From Longimicrobiales bacterium (lineage in GTDB: Bacteria > Gemmatimonadota > Gemmatimonadetes > Longimicrobiales > Gaopeijiaceae): 64,000 bases of DNA. The DNA is taken from positions 64,001 through 128,000 of the forward strand of contig CBDDCX010000005.1 of assembly GCA_965226375.1 (NCBI GenBank), given 5' to 3'. Below, piece by piece: positions 12,237 to 21,041 of this stretch (positions are counted from its first letter, which is position 1; the number at the start of each line of letters is the position of its first letter). Under the pieces are notes generated by a model. The model did not search any database. It was not told the DNA's origin and saw only the letters and a program-made list of their open reading frames with translations. The position numbers and the translations under genes were made by a program.

Positions 12237-15200
12237 TCAGTTTCCTGGCTTGCGCGACAGAGCCTTGTAATACTCATCCACCAGCTTTCGGAAGCCCGTC
12301 GGCACCTCGTCCGAACCTGATACGAAGACCCGATCACGATCTTCTCCATCCAGTTCTCGGCGAAGCCCGAACTCGAGCTGCTTGAGTCCTTCCAGAATCT
12401 GCGCCTGGAGTCGTTCGACCTCCGCCAGGTCCGAGTAAACCCGTTCGCTGTCCAGCGCCCTCAGGGCCGATACGACTTCATCGAGCCGGCGTCCGTCCAG
12501 GGCCTCGAGATCCTCCTGCTCCAGGATTCGCTGGAGTTCCCGGGCCTCCTGGACGCGCTCTCGGATCTCACGCCGGAACTGGCGGACGTCTCCTGGTGAG
12601 ACGGCCCCCGGCTGACGGCCCCCGCCGCCCCCGTTCGGGTTGCCGAGGGCACCCTGGCTTCCGCCGTCCTGACCCTGCCCCTGTTGGCCGCGTCCCTGGC
12701 CTTCACCTCGGCCTTGGCCTTCACCCTGTCCTTGGCCTTCGCCCTGTCCTTGGCTTTCACCCTGTTCCTGTCCTTCACCTTGGCCTTGCTCACCCTGACC
12801 CTGCTGGCCTCGGTCACCCCGCTCTCCCAGGCGTCGGGACATGGACTCAATACCTCGCACCAGGTCCCGGGTACGGTCGAGGGCCTCGGTGCGACCATCA
12901 TTCTCTAGTTCGCCCACGGCTCCTACGGCACGCTCGAGGCGATCCTCGAGCTCGTCGAGTCCGCGCTGCGTCTCGGCCTCGAATTCGCGTGTGTAGTCCC
13001 CGTCTCCCGCTCCGATGAGCCCTCGCGAGTAACGCACCCGTTCCTTCAGCTTGTTATCACGGATGGAGTTGGCGGCCTCCCCCAGTTGGTCGGAGGCATC
13101 TCGCTGGCTTGCACGGGCATCAGCACTCAACCGATCGATCTGGCTTTCGAGATCCCCGAGTTCCTCGGTCATAGCCTCTTTGCGCTCGAACAGACGCCTG
13201 GCGGCCTCCTGGAGAGCCGCTCCTTCCCGCTCGTTGAGTGCCTCCATCTGTCGCTGGATCTCACGCTGCTCCTCGGCCAGGGCTTGTGCCCGGCGAGACG
13301 CGTCTTCGGCCTCGTCGCGCAGGCGATCGACGCGGTCCCGCTCCAATCGACGGCGGGCCTCTTCGAGTCGGTCCAGCGCGGAGTTGGCATCTGCAACGCC
13401 CGCGTTCCCACTCGACGCGGCGGAGCGGCGCATCTCGTCCGCGGCCCGCTGGAGCTCTCTCGACGCCTCCATCAGACGCTGATCGTTGGTCTCCCGGGCA
13501 AGCCGCTCCAGCTGGCGCGCTGTCTCTTCCGTTTCGTCGGCCAGTTCACGCTGACCGCGTGCTGAACCACCGCCGCCTTGCTGAGCCGCGGCACGGCGCT
13601 GTCGTTCGGCCTGCTGTTGCTGACGCCTGGCCAACTCTTTGAGCTTCTCGAGGGCCTCGTCCACCTGCTCGGTCGCCTGTTGGCGTTCGCCGCGCTCCAG
13701 GGTCTCGTACTGGTTCTTCAGTTTATCAAGCTCGAGCTCGAAGAGATCGGCGAGGTCATCAGCCGAGGCACCACCACCACCGCCGCCACCTTGTTGCCCT
13801 CCCTGCTGAACGACCGCTTCGTAGGTCTCCTCCGCCTTTTGGAGGTGGAGAAGGGCCTTTTGCTCGGGCGAGATGGCCTCCTTGGGGTCACTGTCGCCCA
13901 AGATTCTCTCGGCGTTCTCCATCTCCTCGAGGGCCTGGGGAAGCAGCTCGGCGATGCGCTTGAACTGCGGATCAGCCCCCATTCCGCGGGCCATGAGACG
14001 TTGCAACAGGCCCGCTACCTGTTCACGAACACGGGCTTGGGCGAGTCGGACGCTGACCAAGTTCTCCTCGAACTCGCTCTCCGGGAGATATTCCTGATCC
14101 CGGACCAGATTGAAGGTCGCCGCGACGATCTGGCGTTGGAGATCCGAAAGACCTTCTTCCTCCATGCCACCGCCGCCGCCGCCACCGGCCTGCTCACCTT
14201 GGCGAAAATCGATCCGGAAGGGACGGATCTGCACAAAGTAGATGTCGCTGGTGACCGTACGGACACCGTTGGACCTGTTGTTGTCCTTGGCCTGGGCGTA
14301 GTAGGAGACCAGATCGCCAGGCTCGAGTTCGAACTCCTCTAGGTACAGCGTGTGTCCCGCGGTGACCTCGGGTGCCGGTCGGCTGTCATACAGGGCGATC
14401 GTGTCCTCGGGCTCCCCGTTGGTCGAATAGATGAGGAGCAGCTCGGAGATCCCGAAGTCGTCGTCGGCCTTGGCCTCGAGGAACAACTCCTCGATGGGGC
14501 TTGCCCTCGTATCCCGTCCGGGCTTGGAGAACGACACGGAAGGTGGCTGATCGGTGAGCACGTCGATGGTGTACTTGGGCGATGCTGGGACCAGATCACC
14601 GTCCGTTCGGGCCAGTTCGATCTCGTAGTATCCCTCCCGCTCCACCGTTAGAGTGCCCAGCCACGTTCCGTCTCCGACTTCGGTGAGTTCTGCGGCTTCT
14701 CCGTTGACCAAAAGGCGCCCACCGGGCGTGAGCATGGTAGGGAAGATCCTTACTCTTACCTCCGTCCCTTCGAGGGCGGCGATGTCGCCGCCTCCCTCGA
14801 CGGTGCGTACGGCGAGCCCGGTGTAGGACGGGAAGTGATACTCGAGCTCGAGGCGATCCACGTAGGGGAGATCGGCCACTTCGATGCGGTGGGTGGCAGA
14901 ACGGATGCCCGCGGACTCCACGAAGTACTCCGTGTGCTCATTTAGGCCGAGAAGGAGGAGTTCGAAGCCCTCCACCTGGTCGGGGAGCATGGAGAGCTCG
15001 TCGAACACTTCGGGTAGCATCGAAAGTTGGTCGAACACATCGGACGATTCCGCCTTGAAGAAAATGCGAACCTCGTCACTCTCGAACCCGACGAGCTGGA
15101 CGGCCACGAGTTGGTCGGATCCCCGGGCGATGGTCACGTCACCCGGCTCCACTACGATGGAGTACGGGTTCACTGCTGATGCGTCCCGCGTCGGGAAGAG

Positions 15201-15752
15201 AAGGGCCGAGGCCCCGTGGCGGAGTTGAGCCGGTCCGAGGAGCATGAGGGCCAGCGTGGCCAGGGCTGCAGCGGCCAACGCCCCCGAGGCCCGATAGAGC
15301 CCCTTCTGCTCGATCCTTCGACCGTAGTCGACCTTGCGGGCGCGATCCAACGCGTTGTCGACGAGACCACGCTCGAGAGCGTCAGACGTGTTCATGTCCC
15401 CGCTCCCAGCCTCCAGGGCGCTCAACACAGAGGCCTCGAGGGATGGCTCGTTCTCTTCCAGATAGAGGGCCGCCTGCTCGTCGGAAACCCTACGTGCGAG
15501 GGGCCATACGAGGAAACGGGCTACGAGTGCGCCGACGGCGAGCCACAGGAGGATCCGGAGTGACACCACAGCCGTTGCGCTGAACCGGAAGAGCTCGAGG
15601 CCATATACCGAGATCAAAAACGCGCCGAGACTCGCGCCGAGCACGACAGCCATGCCTCGCATCGCGATGCGGGCGCGCCAGCGTCGCCGAATCCGGTCGA
15701 TCACGCGAAGGATCTCTATGTGGCGAATGGCTCTGTGTTTACCCCTGTGCAT
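12237..15752 (-). CDS. Large membrane-anchored coiled-coil protein (DUF4175-like), last gene of the MoxR operon
   Basis: N-terminal TM helices, Ig-like region (DQPPSVSFSKPGRD, ADDDFGI), long Q/E-rich coiled coils and C-terminal VPTGFRKLVDEYYKALS. ATG at 15752 follows GGAGGGAG. Confidence 0.8.
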   Translation of the reverse strand: MHRGKHRAIRHIEILRVIDRIRRRWRARIAMRGMAVVLGASLGAFLISVYGLELFRFSATAVVSLRILLWLAVGALVARFLVWPLARRVSDEQAALYLEENEPSLEASVLSALEAGSGDMNTSDALERGLVDNALDRARKVDYGRRIEQKGLYRASGALAAAALATLALMLLGPAQLRHGASALLFPTRDASAVNPYSIVVEPGDVTIARGSDQLVAVQLVGFESDEVRIFFKAESSDVFDQLSMLPEVFDELSMLPDQVEGFELLLLGLNEHTEYFVESAGIRSATHRIEVADLPYVDRLELEYHFPSYTGLAVRTVEGGGDIAALEGTEVRVRIFPTMLTPGGRLLVNGEAAELTEVGDGTWLGTLTVEREGYYEIELARTDGDLVPASPKYTIDVLTDQPPSVSFSKPGRDTRASPIEELFLEAKADDDFGISELLLIYSTNGEPEDTIALYDSRPAPEVTAGHTLYLEEFELEPGDLVSYYAQAKDNNRSNGVRTVTSDIYFVQIRPFRIDFRQGEQAGGGGGGGMEEEGLSDLQRQIVAATFNLVRDQEYLPESEFEENLVSVRLAQARVREQVAGLLQRLMARGMGADPQFKRIAELLPQALEEMENAERILGDSDPKEAISPEQKALLHLQKAEETYEAVVQQGGQQGGGGGGGASADDLADLFELELDKLKNQYETLERGERQQATEQVDEALEKLKELARRQQQQAERQRRAAAQQGGGGSARGQRELADETEETARQLERLARETNDQRLMEASRELQRAADEMRRSAASSGNAGVADANSALDRLEEARRRLERDRVDRLRDEAEDASRRAQALAEEQREIQRQMEALNEREGAALQEAARRLFERKEAMTEELGDLESQIDRLSADARASQRDASDQLGEAANSIRDNKLKERVRYSRGLIGAGDGDYTREFEAETQRGLDELEDRLERAVGAVGELENDGRTEALDRTRDLVRGIESMSRRLGERGDRGQQGQGEQGQGEGQEQGESQGQGEGQGQGEGQGRGEGQGRGQQGQGQDGGSQGALGNPNGGGGGRQPGAVSPGDVRQFRREIRERVQEARELQRILEQEDLEALDGRRLDEVVSALRALDSERVYSDLAEVERLQAQILEGLKQLEFGLRRELDGEDRDRVFVSGSDEVPTGFRKLVDEYYKALSRKPGN

Positions 15753-17862
15753 ACTCCCTCCCATCCTCGAATCTCTTCGTCACACCGCGAGAAAGCCAGT
15801 TCGACACGGCAGTCTCCGTCAACAGCAGGATCAGCGCCCCGACCAACAGCAATCGCCAGAGGGCCTGTCGCCGTTCCTGGTCCTGTGCCCTGACCTCGGC
15901 CGGTAAGAGGCCCGCGACTCCCGCCTCGGAATCCGCGTCCCTCGGCGATATCGACCCCGCCAACTCGGTCGGGTCCATCGCTTCGAGTTCCGATTCCGCC
16001 ACGTCCACGTTGACAGCCACGGTGAACGGCCGGGTGGGATCGGAGCCGGGCCGCCGTACCTGATAGAATCCCTGCTCGTCGAGCGTGAGGAACCGGGTCG
16101 CCTCTCCCGGAGGCAGCGACACGCTACCCCCCTTTGGGGTAAGGGCGATCTGCTCATCACCCAGTGAGAGCTCCTCTTCCAGCCCGATCGCGAACGCTGC
16201 GCCCTCGGGATCCGCAAGGTTGAGCACCTGGCCGGCCGAGTACCACGGGACGCGCTCTCGGTGGCCGCCGAGATACCGGACGAGCTGGTGCATGAACGGC
16301 AGAAAGACCGGCTGAACCGACAGGTCATTCCAAAACGCATCCAGCGTACTGGCCCAAAGCAACACACGGCCCTTGCCTATCCGACGTTCGACCAAGGCGA
16401 CCGACCCGTCGTCGAAGCGTGCCAAGACACGATCCTCGGGACCCACAGTAACGGAGCGTGAGCGGAAGAAGCGCGCTCGTGCGAAGTCGCCCCCCCGCGG
16501 GCCTCCGAACACTTCGAAAATGGGGTGGGCGTAGTCCAGAAACCCGAGCCGGGCGACCTTACGAACATGGTCTGTGGCGGCGCCGAATCGGCCCGCCATC
16601 AGATCCTCCATCCCGGGCTGCCATGTGCTTCGCTCGCCGAGCACGACCAGGATACCCCCACCGGCCTCCACGAACCCTCTCAGGCGGTCCGAGACGCTCC
16701 CTTGTGGCAGACGAATGTCGTTCAGTACCACGACGGCTGTGACGTCGAGATCGGCAGTGCCGACGTTGGTCGAGCGTCGCACGTCGACCTGGAACGCTGC
16801 TTCTTCACTGATCTCCAGGGCGCGCTGCATGTAGAGGCTGGCGTCGGAGCGGGCGCTTGATCCCTCCAGGATCAGTGTGCGCAGCGCCCGTCCCGGTGAG
16901 AGCACGAAGTGGAGCTCGTTGTCCTGAAGGAGCATGTCGGGGCCCAGCCGAACGGTTCCGCGGGTGTAGGACTCCGAGAGGGTGAACGGGTCGAACGTAA
17001 CAGTGTTTGACCCGGTCGGATCCAAACGGACGTTCCGGCTCTGCACCTCTTGGCCATCGATTTCGAGGATGATGGGCAAGTCGACGGCGTCGGCGCCCTG
17101 ACGTCTGGTCACCCGGGCGGTGGCGGTCATGCGTTCTCGACCCGAAAAGAAGTCGCGGCGGAGTGTGACGGACGCCACGGTCGCGTTGGGGGTCTCCGGC
17201 TCGGAAATCTGCTGTGTGGTCACCACCGTCCCACTCGGAAACCTCACGCCCTCGTCACCGGACCATCCGGAGCGCTGAAAGTCGCTGATGATAGCGACTT
17301 CCAGGTTGGCCAACTCGGACTCCTCCAGGATGGTCTGGGCGAGCTTCAGCCCGGGTCCGAACCGAGTGCCGGAAGCGCTCACGTCGGCCGTGTCCACGGC
17401 GATGAGCAGCCGCTGGTGATCCGAGCTGGATCGGACGACCGCCGACGCCCCCTGACCGAGAAGTACCAGGCTGGCACGGTCCGACGCACCGAGGCTCGAC
17501 ACGAGTCGCCTAGCCTCGGCGGTAGCCCTCTCCCAGCGATCGCCGTAGCCCATCGAGTACGAGTGATCCAGTACGATCACCACCTCCCGAGGACCCAGTG
17601 TCGACCCTTCGGCGAGCTCCGCGTTCTGGAAGAACGGGCGGGCGAAGGCCGCCACCAGAAGTGCGAGCGCCATGGCACGGATGAAGAGTAGTACCCAGTG
17701 ATGGATCTTCCGGCGCTGGACCGAGCGGTACGGAATCTTCCGGAGAAACATGAGCGACGGGAACTCGACCACGTTGCGGCGCTGTCTCTCCGTGAGGTGG
17801 ACCAGGATGGGCACGGCCAGCCCGGCCAGGCCGAGAAGAAACAGGGGGGCGAGCCATCCCAT
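15739..17862 (-). CDS. BatA-domain / vWA membrane protein
   Basis: N-terminal BatA signature LAPLFLLGLAGLAVPILVHL...FPSLMFL...AFARP; MIDAS VLDHSYSM; C-terminal TM helix. Confidence 0.88.
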   Translation of the reverse strand: MGWLAPLFLLGLAGLAVPILVHLTERQRRNVVEFPSLMFLRKIPYRSVQRRKIHHWVLLFIRAMALALLVAAFARPFFQNAELAEGSTLGPREVVIVLDHSYSMGYGDRWERATAEARRLVSSLGASDRASLVLLGQGASAVVRSSSDHQRLLIAVDTADVSASGTRFGPGLKLAQTILEESELANLEVAIISDFQRSGWSGDEGVRFPSGTVVTTQQISEPETPNATVASVTLRRDFFSGRERMTATARVTRRQGADAVDLPIILEIDGQEVQSRNVRLDPTGSNTVTFDPFTLSESYTRGTVRLGPDMLLQDNELHFVLSPGRALRTLILEGSSARSDASLYMQRALEISEEAAFQVDVRRSTNVGTADLDVTAVVVLNDIRLPQGSVSDRLRGFVEAGGGILVVLGERSTWQPGMEDLMAGRFGAATDHVRKVARLGFLDYAHPIFEVFGGPRGGDFARARFFRSRSVTVGPEDRVLARFDDGSVALVERRIGKGRVLLWASTLDAFWNDLSVQPVFLPFMHQLVRYLGGHRERVPWYSAGQVLNLADPEGAAFAIGLEEELSLGDEQIALTPKGGSVSLPPGEATRFLTLDEQGFYQVRRPGSDPTRPFTVAVNVDVAESELEAMDPTELAGSISPRDADSEAGVAGLLPAEVRAQDQERRQALWRLLLVGALILLLTETAVSNWLSRGVTKRFEDGREYAQG

Positions 17863-18785
17863 CAGCGCACCCTGCTCAGCTTTTCGCGGCTCGACAGATA
17901 GCGGAACAGCGCAAAATCCAGGGGCTTTGACGTATCCAGGACCGTATAGTCGATACGACTGCCCGTGAAGAGGCGCTCAAGCTCGCTGGTGTGTTCACCG
18001 ATCAGGCGGCGGTACTCGGTGGCGAGTTCGTCCGGCACGATCGGGATCATCGTTTCGCTCTCGAGATCCTTGAAGCTGGCCGGACTCTCGTACGGAAAGT
18101 CGAGCTCGGCGGGGTCCAGCACGTGGAAGACGATGACGTCGTGGCCGCGGGCTCTCAGGTGTCGGACGGACTCGATGACCTGCTGGGGCTCTTCGTAGAA
18201 GTCCGAGAGCAAGAGGATGATGCCGCGACTATTCAGGTTCTCTCCGACCTGCATCAACGGATCCCTCAGCGTGCCGGGGCGTCCGGGCTCGGCACGGGCC
18301 AAGCTGTGAAGGATGAGCTCGAGGTGCCGCGGCGAAGGGGGCACCCAATCCACGATGTCATGGTCGAAGGTGACCAGCCCCACCCGGTCCCGCTGCTTTT
18401 GCGAGAAATAGGCTAGTGCAGCGGCCAGATAACGGGCGTAGTCGAGCTTGGTGGCTGAATGAGTGCCGAAGCTCATGGACTTCGAGACGTCGAGAATCAC
18501 GACGAAGTTCGCGCTGGTCTCGGCATCAAACTGTTTTACGTAGAAACGATCGGTACGAGCGAAGAGGCGCCAGTCGATGCGCCGGATGTCGTCGCCTGGC
18601 ATGTAGGCCCGATGCTCGGCGAAGTCGAGGGACAGTCCCAGGTGCGGAGAGCGGTGCAGGCCGTGGAGAAAGCCGTCCACCACGGTTCGCGCCAACAGCT
18701 CCAGGTTATCGATCCGGCCCAGAACAGCCGGATCGAGGAACTGCGCCCCACTGGCCTGAAATCCCGAGCGAGCTCTGATGACCAC
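17862..18785 (-). CDS. DUF58 vWA-like protein (MoxR partner)
   Basis: GLHRSPHLGLSLDFAEHRAYMPGDDIRRIDWRLFART; LDVSKSM. Confidence 0.92.
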   Translation of the reverse strand: MVIRARSGFQASGAQFLDPAVLGRIDNLELLARTVVDGFLHGLHRSPHLGLSLDFAEHRAYMPGDDIRRIDWRLFARTDRFYVKQFDAETSANFVVILDVSKSMSFGTHSATKLDYARYLAAALAYFSQKQRDRVGLVTFDHDIVDWVPPSPRHLELILHSLARAEPGRPGTLRDPLMQVGENLNSRGIILLLSDFYEEPQQVIESVRHLRARGHDVIVFHVLDPAELDFPYESPASFKDLESETMIPIVPDELATEYRRLIGEHTSELERLFTGSRIDYTVLDTSKPLDFALFRYLSSREKLSRVR

Positions 18786-18797
18786 GAAATCCTACTC

Positions 18798-19868
18798 CTA
18801 CAGCCCCGAAGTCGGCACAGGCACGGCCTCCAGCAACTTGTCCACCAGCTCGCCCGACGTGACACCTTCGGACTCGGCGTGGAAGTTCATCAGAATACGG
18901 TGGCGCATGACTGGATGTGCCAGGGCCCTGATGTCCTCGAAGCTCACGTTGTAGCGACCCTGGGTAATGGCGCGGGCCTTCGCCCCCAAAGTCAGGTACT
19001 GTGCCGCCCGAACGCTGGCGCCGTAGGCGATCCAGTTTTTCACGAAATCCGGGGACTTCCCGTTCGGACTTGGTCGACTGGCCCTGACCAGGCTCACGGC
19101 GTAGCGGAGGGCCGCATCAGGCACCGGGACCTTCCTGACCAGCCGTTGGAAGGCCACCAGATCGGGTCCCGTGATCGCGTGGCTGAAGTCCGGGTCCTGG
19201 ATCCCCGTCGTGGTGCGCACCACGTCCAGCTCTTCTTCCTCGGAGAGATGCTCGATGACTATCTCGAACATGAAGCGGTCCAGCTGCGCCTCCGGGAGGG
19301 GATAGGTCCCCTCCAGCTCGATGGGGTTCTGCGTAGCGAAGACGTAGAACGGCTCTTCCAGGGTGTAGGTCTCACCCTGGACTGTGACCCGGTGCTCCTG
19401 CATGGCCTCGAGGAGTGCCGACTGGGTCTTGGGCGGCGTACGGTTGATCTCGTCAGCCAGGACGATGTTGGCGAAGATCGGGCCGGGCGCGAACACCATG
19501 CTGCGTCGCCCCGTCTCGGAATCCTCTTGGATGATGTCCGTACCGGTGATGTCTGAAGGCATCAAGTCCGGGGTGAACTGGATTCTGGAGAACTTCAGAT
19601 CCAACACCTCGGCCACCGTGTGGATGAGCAACGTTTTGGCCAGGCCGGGCACCCCGATGAGCAGGCTGTTTCCGCCCACGAAGAGCGAGAGCAGCACCTG
19701 CTCGATGACCTCTTCCTGGCCGATGATGAGCTTTCGGATCTCGGACAGGATCTTCACCCGTCCTGCCTTCATCCGGTCGGCGAGGTCGATGTCGTCGGGG
19801 TTGTCGAGTGGAAGCTCATCCGACCCGGCTGTCGCGTCGACTGCTGCCTGTTCTTCGATGAATGCCAT
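18798..19868 (-). CDS. moxR: MoxR family AAA+ ATPase
   Basis: GVPGLAKT, RIQFTPDLMPSDITG, LADEINRTPPKTQSALLEAMQE, ATQNPIELEGTYPLPEAQLDRF. Confidence 0.96.
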   Translation of the reverse strand: MAFIEEQAAVDATAGSDELPLDNPDDIDLADRMKAGRVKILSEIRKLIIGQEEVIEQVLLSLFVGGNSLLIGVPGLAKTLLIHTVAEVLDLKFSRIQFTPDLMPSDITGTDIIQEDSETGRRSMVFAPGPIFANIVLADEINRTPPKTQSALLEAMQEHRVTVQGETYTLEEPFYVFATQNPIELEGTYPLPEAQLDRFMFEIVIEHLSEEEELDVVRTTTGIQDPDFSHAITGPDLVAFQRLVRKVPVPDAALRYAVSLVRASRPSPNGKSPDFVKNWIAYGASVRAAQYLTLGAKARAITQGRYNVSFEDIRALAHPVMRHRILMNFHAESEGVTSGELVDKLLEAVPVPTSGL

Positions 19869-19998
19869 TTGGTGCTCCGTTCAGGCCGCGGATGCGGCCC
19901 GGTGACTCTTTGTCACAGTCTTGTGGTTTACGTTGTCCGCCTCAACCGCTTGCACGCCAATACCTCGATCAGTCGTTCCCCCGATCGCATCACTCATC

Positions 19999-20123
19999 AA
20001 TGACGAAGAGAATTGAGTCGAGCCCAAGGCGGGCAAGGCGAGGCGACTGAGGCGTACTCCAGTACGCCGCAGGGAGCCGAGACCGCAGCCCAACGCCGGG
20101 ATCGGCCGATTCTCTTCGTCATT
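19999..20123. repeat. 125-bp ERIC/IRU-like palindromic element
   Basis: Perfect 15-bp terminal inverted repeat AATGACGAAGAGAAT/ATTCTCTTCGTCATT; internal AAGGCGGGCAAG...GGCGTACTCCAGTACGCC...CGCAGCCCAACGC. Confidence 0.7.
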
Positions 20124-21041
20124 TAGTGGGTCATGGCGTAGATCAAGTAATTCACACCCAACTTGTAGGCCTCGTTGGAGAGGTCGATCGGATACCAGCC
20201 GACGTCCGAGAACTCCCAGTACTCCCCGATGTCGTTGTTGTAGTTCGCGATCACGACCAGACGCTTCTCTGGATCATTGTCCTCGTGCAGGCCCAGGTAC
20301 ACGGGCCGTCCGCCACGAGAATAAGGGGGGAGGAGGGTGTCCAGCGACTCGATCCGGAAGAAGGAGTCGAAGATCGGGTGGGTCTCGTCGAGCTGCACGA
20401 ACTGGGAACCAGGGATCACCCTCTTCATCTGGGCGTCGAAGTTGTACCAATCGTTCCCCCGGAAGTCGTCGGCGATCATGAAGCCGCCCTTCAAGAGGTA
20501 GTTCTGTAGACCCAGGATCTCTTCGTCCGACGGATACCAACCGCCTGGCTCCGAGATGTACGCCAATGGGAAGCGCGTCAGCTCCGGATCGTCCGTGTCG
20601 AAGATGTTTCCCCCGTCCATATAAGGCCGGATGAGCGTCGTCTCCCGAATGATGTTCATGAAGTTCCGCTCAGCCCTGGGAAAGTCGTGCGCCCACCCTG
20701 GCTGTCCGCCGCGACCGCGACCCCGGAAGCTGCCACTCGTCAGTCCTCCTCCACCAAAACGTATGCGGGCGAAGGTGAACCGGCCGTCATAGGGTGTGTT
20801 GCCCGCCTGGGGTGTGTCATGCCCACCTGGGGTGTGTTGCCCCCTGGGGTGTGTTGCCCACCTGGGGTGTGTTGCCCACCTGGGGTGTGTTGCCCACCTG
20901 GGGTATGTTGCCCACCTGCGCGGCGATCCCGGCGTCCGCATCCGGAGCACCGACTGAACCGACGCCGAGTAGTGCCACGGATCCTGCCAGGGCACTTGCC
21001 ACACCCAGGGCCGTCAGCGTGAGCATCGATGCGCGGCTCAC
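20123..21041 (-). CDS. DUF4159 domain protein, frameshifted inside an 18-bp tandem repeat
   Basis: GTG at 21041 overlaps the upstream TGA and gives signal peptide VSRASMLTLTALG then (QVGNTP)n. The DUF4159 core (YDGRFTFARIRF, WAHDFPRAERN, GGFMIADDF, NNDIGEYWE, GVNYLIYAMTH) is in another frame. Confidence 0.85.
20792..20918 (-). repeat. 18-bp VNTR, seven copies of CAGGTGGGCAACACACCC (QVGNTP)
   Basis: Seven head-to-tail units without spacers. Unit 5 is 17 nt and unit 6 is 20 nt, for a net +1. Confidence 0.95.

Noticed and set aside
20792..20918. CRISPR array
   Set aside because: Units are head-to-tail 18-mers with no unique spacers, lie inside a CDS, and no cas genes are present.
20840..21004. 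ORF-track N-terminus MWQVPWQD...(WATHPR)n of the DUF4159 gene
   Set aside because: Off-frame reading of the VNTR; the coupled GTG at 21041 gives a proper signal peptide.
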